Source: an uncultured virus (IMG/VR IMGVR_UViG_3300018049_000008)
Taxonomy: Duplodnaviria > Heunggongvirae > Uroviricota > Caudoviricetes
DNA: 64,000 bases
Reading direction: 5' to 3' (one strand)
IMG/VR virus record: IMGVR_UViG_3300018049_000008
The notes under the pieces: generated by a model
What the model was told of the DNA's origin: nothing
The model's input: the letters and a program-made list of their open reading frames with translations, nothing else
Databases searched by the model: none
Program-made: the position numbers and the translations under genes
In this document: in pieces, positions 57,761-64,000 of the stretch
How positions within the stretch are numbered: the stretch's first letter is position 1
Layout: each line of letters starts with the position of its first letter

Positions 57761-58194
57761 TATCTTACCTTATACAATACTAAATCAATTTCTTGTTGAT
57801 CTTTAGCGCTTACTGTATAAAATATTAATCTTACGTAAACAGCTTGATCTTCTTCCGATGCTTTTACTTTTGTCTCTACTAACTGAACTCGTGGTTCATA
57901 ATTTCGAACCATATATTCAATTTCTTGCGCAATCTCTGATTCAATACGCGGTTCAATTGTTTCAAACAGATATCGTCGTATATTTCCACCATAACGAGGA
58001 TTGCGTAGTCTCTCATATTTATTAGTCAAAATCAAATTGCGCAAAGCCAATTTCACTGCATCAACATTCGTTTTTCTTACGATTTGACCAGTGTTTGGGT
58101 GTGCTCGAAAAGTATGATTAAAATCGGAATAGATATCATCTACCCGACCTGATAATTTATACTCTTCATTTTGTTTTGCTACTCTGACGCCCAT
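57760..58194 (-). CDS. gp25: Baseplate wedge subunit (T4 gp25 family)
   Basis: YSD....F..HP, AVK..LRNLILT..YER...P..G......LFE, NYEPRV. Confidence 0.93.
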   Translation of the reverse strand: MGVRVAKQNEEYKLSGRVDDIYSDFNHTFRAHPNTGQIVRKTNVDAVKLALRNLILTNKYERLRNPRYGGNIRRYLFETIEPRIESEIAQEIEYMVRNYEPRVQLVETKVKASEEDQAVYVRLIFYTVSAKDQQEIDLVLYKVR

Positions 58195-58220
58195 ATAAGT
58201 GTCCTACTTATTTTTCTTAT

Positions 58221-58508
58221 TTATCCGCCTATATTTACATTACCAGAACCAGCACTAATTGCTGGTGTAACGTGTTCAGGTGGAGACTTCGTATGAGTCG
58301 TAACCTTATCACCGACACGCGCTGCTTTTTTACCATTAATGTTTACTGTGCCTGATCCCTCATCTATAACATGGTCAGAAAAACCCGGTTCAACACATGC
58401 ATCACCTTTTCTGGCTGCAGCTTTACCATTTATATTAACGTTACCAGAACCCGCATTGATCTTAGAACCACATGCGATCGCATCATCTTTTCTTGCTGCA
58501 GCTGGCAT
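58221..58508 (-). CDS. PAAR-domain spike tip protein (T4 gp5.4-like)
   Basis: MPAAAR, two GS..VNING..AAR.GD repeats, Cys/His metal ligands. Confidence 0.93.
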   Translation of the reverse strand: MPAAARKDDAIACGSKINAGSGNVNINGKAAARKGDACVEPGFSDHVIDEGSGTVNINGKKAARVGDKVTTHTKSPPEHVTPAISAGSGNVNIGG

Positions 58509-60199
58509 TAGTTGATATCAATCGTTGGTGCGGACATCGTTATAGATGCTCCACTACTAATATTCATAGCACCACCTGAATTCATATCCATAGTACCAGA
58601 CACTGAAATCGTAGCATTGCCTCCAACAGTAATACTACAATTTTGACCAATAGTCACTGTACAGTTATCAGCTATAGCTACCACACAATTTGCACCAACA
58701 GAAACATTCTGATTATTGGCAATTGTAATTATTTGATTATTACCTACGTTTAAATACTGATTATTTGCAACATCTGTTCTATCTTCAAATTCTCCTAATT
58801 GTACTCGCGAGCTTTTACCATATCCAACCCATCTTTGAGAATTGTTTGCAGATGTATATACTGAATTATTAGCAGTATCAATAATCAGATTAAATTCATC
58901 TTCTTTTAATAAGTCTCTTTCACCTTTATGTCCATATCCTATAGCGAGATTAAAATTATTACCCGATGTCCATTCAACATTATTTGCCACATCAACCAGA
59001 TAATTAAATTCATCGATAGGATCACCTGTATCTCTGAATCTACGTTCTGCATCAGGAACATATCCTACTTGCAAAAGATAATTATTACCAGTTGTGACTG
59101 ATGTATTATTAGCTACATCAAAATATGAATTTAATTCAGCAAGACCACCGCCCTCATAATCAGTCTCGCCATTATCATTAATACGATTGCCTGGCCATAC
59201 TTTATGACCTATAGTTACAAATTGTGTGTTGCCAATTTTTATTGATTCGGTATTAGCAACTTCGGTATTATGATCACGTAAAGTAAGTTCGTTCTTATCT
59301 TTAATTACTGTATCAAAAAATGAATCCATTGTCTTTCGATTACGTCGACCATCATATTCATTCTCATCTACACCGCCTGCCGTTTTATAGCTATATCCTA
59401 CTGGGCCATCGAGTGGCCATTCCTTAGAATCATCATCATCGATTGTTGGATTAGTACCCGATGATATTTCTTCATAGCTACCTGATTTATGCCAGATATG
59501 AATTCTTTCTGCACCAATGGTATCATCCAATTCAATGGCATGTCCGGCTTTTGTTGTATAAGTCAAATTATATGGATATTCTGCATTATATGCTGTTACA
59601 AACTCATCAACCGGTGCCAGATCGGTCTCGTTCTCTTTCCATAACGAGCTTATAGAATATGGTTCTTTTGGTAATGTTTGACCAGGCCGCGTTTCCTCAG
59701 CTTCAGGATCGAATAAGAATCCTTTAGCTAAAGCAGCAACATCATAATATGGTTTATCTTCTTCCGGTGGTTTGATTTGCAGCATCTCACCAGTTTGTGG
59801 ATCTGTAGGTGGTTCAGGATATGCAGAGATTTTATGATACGTACCAAAGATGAGTGGAATGTTTCCTTCATGACCATCTAAATAAAAACCAAATGCATAC
59901 GAGCCAACTGCTATACCGGTAGGAGATAAACCAACAGCATCAATCCAATCGGGCACTGGATATTCTTCAAGCTCTACTACTTTTTTCCATGATAAACTGG
60001 CAGATTGAATAGCAGATATTGGATATGCCCACAATAAATCGTCATCTAAAATGCCAAATGTTTTTGTCTTTTTACCTAGTTCACCAGTTTGATCATGAAT
60101 CACTCGAATCTTTACACGGCCCAATGATTCGGGATCTTTAATATCGATGACCCGAGCCATGAACCATTTAAAAGAATCTCCCATAGAATAATATGACAT
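58508..60199 (-). CDS. gp5: Baseplate central spike (T4 gp5-like), no lysozyme domain
   Basis: OB-fold DP..LGRVKIR, L.WA, GF.LDG; YPYN....T..GH.IE.DDT...ERI...H.SG; C-terminal 8-residue beta-helix repeats; followed by PAAR. Confidence 0.9.
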   Translation of the reverse strand: MSYYSMGDSFKWFMARVIDIKDPESLGRVKIRVIHDQTGELGKKTKTFGILDDDLLWAYPISAIQSASLSWKKVVELEEYPVPDWIDAVGLSPTGIAVGSYAFGFYLDGHEGNIPLIFGTYHKISAYPEPPTDPQTGEMLQIKPPEEDKPYYDVAALAKGFLFDPEAEETRPGQTLPKEPYSISSLWKENETDLAPVDEFVTAYNAEYPYNLTYTTKAGHAIELDDTIGAERIHIWHKSGSYEEISSGTNPTIDDDDSKEWPLDGPVGYSYKTAGGVDENEYDGRRNRKTMDSFFDTVIKDKNELTLRDHNTEVANTESIKIGNTQFVTIGHKVWPGNRINDNGETDYEGGGLAELNSYFDVANNTSVTTGNNYLLQVGYVPDAERRFRDTGDPIDEFNYLVDVANNVEWTSGNNFNLAIGYGHKGERDLLKEDEFNLIIDTANNSVYTSANNSQRWVGYGKSSRVQLGEFEDRTDVANNQYLNVGNNQIITIANNQNVSVGANCVVAIADNCTVTIGQNCSITVGGNATISVSGTMDMNSGGAMNISSGASITMSAPTIDIN

Positions 60200-60202
60200 A
60201 AT

Positions 60203-61486
60203 TTACCCCAATGACTTGCTGTATTGATTTGGCTTCGTCACTTCCATTATTAAAAAATGCTCGAAATCAGAATTAGATCTTTTTTCAAGTTGATGTTTTA
60301 AATTTACTACGATATAGTTTTCACTAAAAATTTGAGCTTGTTTCGGTGTCGTAGTTGTGCCTGATATATCTGGTATATTTAATTTAATAACATCACCAAC
60401 CCTTATTCCAGTATCACCATATACTTTTACTCTTACACCATATTGTTGCATACGTTGTATAAACGGTCTCTGATAATGTACATTTTTATTATGTTCCATT
60501 TCAGGACGCAATCCATCTTTTACCATCATTCTTGTAACAGCTGGCAATTCAGTAGTAAATGAATTATAATCTGCGCTATTAAAATCATTCGAATCATCAG
60601 TTTTTTCAAACAAAGCTTGATCCGATGGATTATTATATTCTTGTACTGGCCAATATGTTCCTCGTAAAATATCAAATTCACGAAATTGACATCTCATTGC
60701 GCCATCTTTTACTTTCGTAATAGAAGAACCTTGTTTCATAATTTCATAAGCCAACATATTTCTAGCATTAATTACTTTATCATATTCTGCTGCTCTATTT
60801 GATGTATCATAAAAGAATTCTTTTTGGCTAGCACCACCTTTTCTATCTTTTATTAGTTTTTCAATTGTTTGAAAATGATATCCTTTAGAGTCTTGATAGA
60901 AAACAAATGCCGAAGACTTATTACCTTCAGCTGATACAGCTCTTTCTTTTATTATATCTATCACTTGAAAGGGTCTGACTTTATTGACAACATAATCAAA
61001 TTTTCCTTTTGTACTTTCTGTTGTCATAAGAGATACTTCAGAACCTAAATCCGTATTTAATAGTTCTTGTAATGCTTCATCGTATTTTAAATCTTTATAT
61101 CTACGTGTAAATACTTTAAACGAGTTTTTAAGAAAATCTTTTGTAACACAACGTAATCTGTATGAACGTAAATTCTGTTGTGTGTTAACAGTCAAACCCT
61201 GAATACTTTCGACAAAAAATTCATACGTAAGTGAATCGCGATTAGGTGTTTGCAAAGTAATTTCGACTATTTCTTCTCCACCTAGTGGAAATTCATTCAT
61301 TAGTTCTATACCATCAGCAATATAAATTTCTGCTGTGATAGTATAATTGTCAAGGGATTCGAAAATATCGATCCCAGTGACCTGTGGATAGATGTTTAGT
61401 TTTTTTGATTTATTAAACGAATAAAGCATAACCTCTTTATTCGGAATAATTACATCAGATACATCAAATTCAGAAGGATCAGCCAT
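60203..61486 (-). CDS. Baseplate hub / tail protein (gp27-like)
   Basis: I.IFES, P.GGEE.V, F.FY....G.HF..IE.L, V.G...I.VGDVI.L, Y.V..L.H; lies between gp53 and gp5. Confidence 0.65.
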   Translation of the reverse strand: MADPSEFDVSDVIIPNKEVMLYSFNKSKKLNIYPQVTGIDIFESLDNYTITAEIYIADGIELMNEFPLGGEEIVEITLQTPNRDSLTYEFFVESIQGLTVNTQQNLRSYRLRCVTKDFLKNSFKVFTRRYKDLKYDEALQELLNTDLGSEVSLMTTESTKGKFDYVVNKVRPFQVIDIIKERAVSAEGNKSSAFVFYQDSKGYHFQTIEKLIKDRKGGASQKEFFYDTSNRAAEYDKVINARNMLAYEIMKQGSSITKVKDGAMRCQFREFDILRGTYWPVQEYNNPSDQALFEKTDDSNDFNSADYNSFTTELPAVTRMMVKDGLRPEMEHNKNVHYQRPFIQRMQQYGVRVKVYGDTGIRVGDVIKLNIPDISGTTTTPKQAQIFSENYIVVNLKHQLEKRSNSDFEHFLIMEVTKPNQYSKSLG

Positions 61487-61489
61487 GAT

Positions 61490-62350
61490 TTATTTCAATA
61501 AGTCTGTAAGTTGTTTATTAAGGATAGACGTTGATGCATCTTGCACCAAATATATGTCTCTTCTTCTTTCGTTTATATCAAATTCATAATCATATACACT
61601 ATATTGTGAGTAATATATTTGCTCAACTTCTGGTATTACGTCATATAATTTTTTATATGAATTAGCTTTTAAAGTTATTGACTTTGAACCATCCACTGCA
61701 TTAACAACAAAATCAGATTGTCTGTCCCAATCACCATTGATATGTTGTAACGTTACTATGCCATTTAAAGATCCTGCGACCTGAGCGGTAGCCGTATCAC
61801 TAGATACATATGAACCTACTTCGAATTCATCTTCTTCTCCATCAGCATAGCTAAGAGAAATGATTATATTTGTAGAGGTTAAAAAGTCTTCTCTACTTCT
61901 TTCATAACCTAGAGTCATGCCTAACGCACCTTGTGCCTGTTGCCAGTATTTTTTTCTTTCACCTGGCAATGCATTATATGCTGCGACAGATAATATTGTT
62001 TCGTCGCTTCTCCAATTATTTCTATACGCATATACAGATCTTAAAGCTGTTTCAATTGATCCATATTTTTTTCGAATATTACTATCAAATGTTTGATTAT
62101 CAAGAGGTACGTCGTAATAGGGATCAATGATATCGTTAGCATGCAATAACAACCAATCTAAATCAACATCCCCGTACATATTAAATGAGATGTCTTCTAT
62201 CTTCTCGCCATCTTGCATTGTGTATTGAAAAAAAGCATCAAAATATTTTCTAACAGTAGATTGAAAATCTACGCGTGTTAAGATATCAACTGATGGAATT
62301 CCATTATAGCTGATTAGAGGAAACTTTCTGAAATATTGATTATGTTTCAT
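61490..62350 (-). CDS. gp53: Baseplate wedge subunit (T4 gp53 family)
   Basis: YF..FP.I.Y, Y...DGE..E.IS...YGD....W.LL..N.I.DPY, KKYGS, YDYE...NE..R.I. Confidence 0.9.
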   Translation of the reverse strand: MKHNQYFRKFPLISYNGIPSVDILTRVDFQSTVRKYFDAFFQYTMQDGEKIEDISFNMYGDVDLDWLLLHANDIIDPYYDVPLDNQTFDSNIRKKYGSIETALRSVYAYRNNWRSDETILSVAAYNALPGERKKYWQQAQGALGMTLGYERSREDFLTSTNIIISLSYADGEEDEFEVGSYVSSDTATAQVAGSLNGIVTLQHINGDWDRQSDFVVNAVDGSKSITLKANSYKKLYDVIPEVEQIYYSQYSVYDYEFDINERRRDIYLVQDASTSILNKQLTDLLK

Positions 62351-63618
62351 TATGCGTCGCCTGATGTGTAATTTTCAACTTCTTGGAAAGTCATATTACA
62401 TAAAATTGAAACTGGTTGACCATCTACAAAAAAAGCAGATTGACCTTCGCCTGTATAATTAACGCTAAAAGCACTCACTAAAGCCTTTTTAAATGTACCA
62501 TACATTGCAACGTTGTCACCCTCAATAATAGGTTGAACCATTTTTGGATACTTAAGAAAATTATTTTCTTTCTCGGGCAAAATAAATCTCTTAATCATAG
62601 TCAATGCCTGAGTCAAATCGTTAGCTTCTTGCTCGCTTCTTGGTACAAACTTCCATGACCATTGGAATTGTCGAAGTTCCATGCCTTTAAAAAATACCGT
62701 TGGATGTGGATTAGGAATAGATCCAACAATTTGTCCAGCCAATCCTCCTGCTATATCATTTGCACTTTCTAATGCAGCGAATCCTGCTCGCATCGCGACT
62801 TGACCAGCCGCCGACGTTGCATCATCGCCTGTCAATTCAGATAAACTATTAATGAGTGCACTGCCTGCAGATTTCATTCTTTCCGCACCTTTCTTATTGG
62901 CAGATTCATTAATAGCAGCTTGAGCAACAGAAGAATTCATCACATCTCCCATAATACCAGTATCACGCTCTTGATATTTGACATTAAATGCAAAACTAAG
63001 ATTGTCAGGCAAAGGTAGTGATATAAATTCCGCAGGATTGACTGAGCCAGCTGCAAACGGATCGCCGCGAGTATAAGTAAAGAATTGTAATTTTACATAT
63101 GCAGCCGCTTCTTGTACAAGATCTGCAGGATAAATGACACCGTTATATCTAAAGTCTGAGATACCAGTAAGCGCTTCTTTAGCGTTTTTCATTTTTTCTT
63201 GAGGTGTTTTAAAATTACTGGGTATACGATTATTCCAGTTTGACAAATCAACAGGTAACTTTGGAAATTCTTGAGTCAAAGGTATCTTATTTTGTACACT
63301 ACTTTGTAATGATCCATTCAATAAAGCTTTTGTATTCTTGTTGAAAACGCCTTGAGATTCTAATTTACCAGCAATGTCGGCGCCGATATTCATGGCAGAG
63401 TTTTGAGTTCTGGACAATTTATTTAATGCAGCAGTAGAATCTGATTGTAACTTACCGGCTGTCGTCGATGGACTACCTAAGTCTTTAATGGCATTAATTT
63501 GTGTCTTTTCATTAAAAGATAGTTTACTCGATAATTGCGCAGCACCGGCTCCAACATTTTTTATTTTCGTATTCAGTGCTTTCGTTGCCGCAGATTTTAT
63601 CTTATCGTTTGTAGGCAT
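62350..63618 (-). CDS. gp48: Baseplate tail-tube cap (T4 gp48-like) with an N-terminal extension
   Basis: I.LP.P, NP....FF.G...R.F...WKF.PRS..EA, F.VNY, P......L.FQE. Confidence 0.75.
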   Translation of the reverse strand: MPTNDKIKSAATKALNTKIKNVGAGAAQLSSKLSFNEKTQINAIKDLGSPSTTAGKLQSDSTAALNKLSRTQNSAMNIGADIAGKLESQGVFNKNTKALLNGSLQSSVQNKIPLTQEFPKLPVDLSNWNNRIPSNFKTPQEKMKNAKEALTGISDFRYNGVIYPADLVQEAAAYVKLQFFTYTRGDPFAAGSVNPAEFISLPLPDNLSFAFNVKYQERDTGIMGDVMNSSVAQAAINESANKKGAERMKSAGSALINSLSELTGDDATSAAGQVAMRAGFAALESANDIAGGLAGQIVGSIPNPHPTVFFKGMELRQFQWSWKFVPRSEQEANDLTQALTMIKRFILPEKENNFLKYPKMVQPIIEGDNVAMYGTFKKALVSAFSVNYTGEGQSAFFVDGQPVSILCNMTFQEVENYTSGDA

Positions 63619-63628
63619 TATTTTGTCC

Positions 63629-63636
63629 TATAAATA
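63629..63636 (+). promoter_or_regulatory. T4-type late promoter TATAAATA, 5 nt upstream of the gp4 ATG
   Basis: Exact consensus; no RBS between it and the ATG at 63642. Confidence 0.85.
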
Positions 63637-63641
63637 GTTGT

Positions 63642-64000
63642 ATGAAGACTTATAAGGGCATCTTCAAGCCTCGTAATCCGGTAAAGTATAAAGGAGACGC
63701 TCACAATATTATTTATAGAAGTCGATGGGAACTGGTGTTCATGAAATATTTAGATGACCACCCTGATGTCCATGAGTGGGCAAGTGAAGAACTAATTATT
63801 CCTTATCGATCTCCTATTGATGGTCGTATGCATCGATACTATCCGGATTTTTGGGTGAAAAAGATTAACAGAGAAGGCAAACTTGATGTGGTCGTAGTTG
63901 AAATTAAACCTTTCAAAGAAACCATAGAGCCAACTCCGCAAAAAACTCTCACTAAAAAGTATTTATATGAAGTGAAGACGTGGGGTGTAAATAGTGCGAA
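63642..64000 (+). CDS. gp4: Head completion nuclease (T4 gp4 family), truncated by the window edge
   Basis: Manual translation MKTYKGIFKPRNPVKYKGD..NIIYRS.WE..FMKYLD....V..WASEE..IPYRSP.DG..HRYYPDF...EIKP..ET...YLYEV.TW.VN.A; missing from the ORF track because there is no stop in the window. Confidence 0.93.
   Translation, partial: MKTYKGIFKPRNPVKYKGDAHNIIYRSRWELVFMKYLDDHPDVHEWASEELIIPYRSPIDGRMHRYYPDFWVKKINREGKLDVVVVEIKPFKETIEPTPQKTLTKKYLYEVKTWGVNSA

Noticed and set aside
1..64000. Stop-codon reassignment, introns or homing endonucleases in core genes, tRNA genes
   Set aside because: Core genes (gp17, gp18, gp20, gp6) are full-length and uninterrupted in the standard code. Intergenic gaps are short, and I saw no tRNA-like sequence in them.

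Overview
This window is the virion-morphogenesis region of a large, AT-rich T4-like myophage. It resembles the non-enteric, environmental T4-like phages; the host cannot be determined from the sequence. Almost all genes are on the minus strand, and many are joined by TAATG overlaps. In transcription order, the baseplate block is gp48, gp53, a gp27-like hub, gp5 without a lysozyme domain, PAAR, gp25, a small basic ORF, gp6, gp7-like and gp8. Next come a split VrlC/DUF4815-type structural gene whose first half ends in a Hint domain, fibre genes, a 782-aa repeat protein followed by five oxygenase-type genes, LamG/fibre genes and a 1438-aa repeat protein. These are followed by gp13-gp20 and an accessory block with a collagen-like protein, a catalytically dead stand-alone Hint domain and large beta-rich proteins. 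gp4 starts on the plus strand at the right edge, and T4-type late promoters (TATAAATA) precede many genes. The most striking observation is the 782-aa protein. Its two repeat arms are mirror-complementary: reading outward from the centre, 17 of 18 units pair a YQNQT type with a YSV(I/V)T type, and linker variants co-vary 4 of 4. This points to a self-zipping antiparallel hairpin filament. It lies directly upstream of a cluster of 2OG-Fe(II) oxygenase, cupin and DUF6065-like genes with a candidate late promoter, which may modify it. All family assignments come from motif recognition and gene order; no database search was run.
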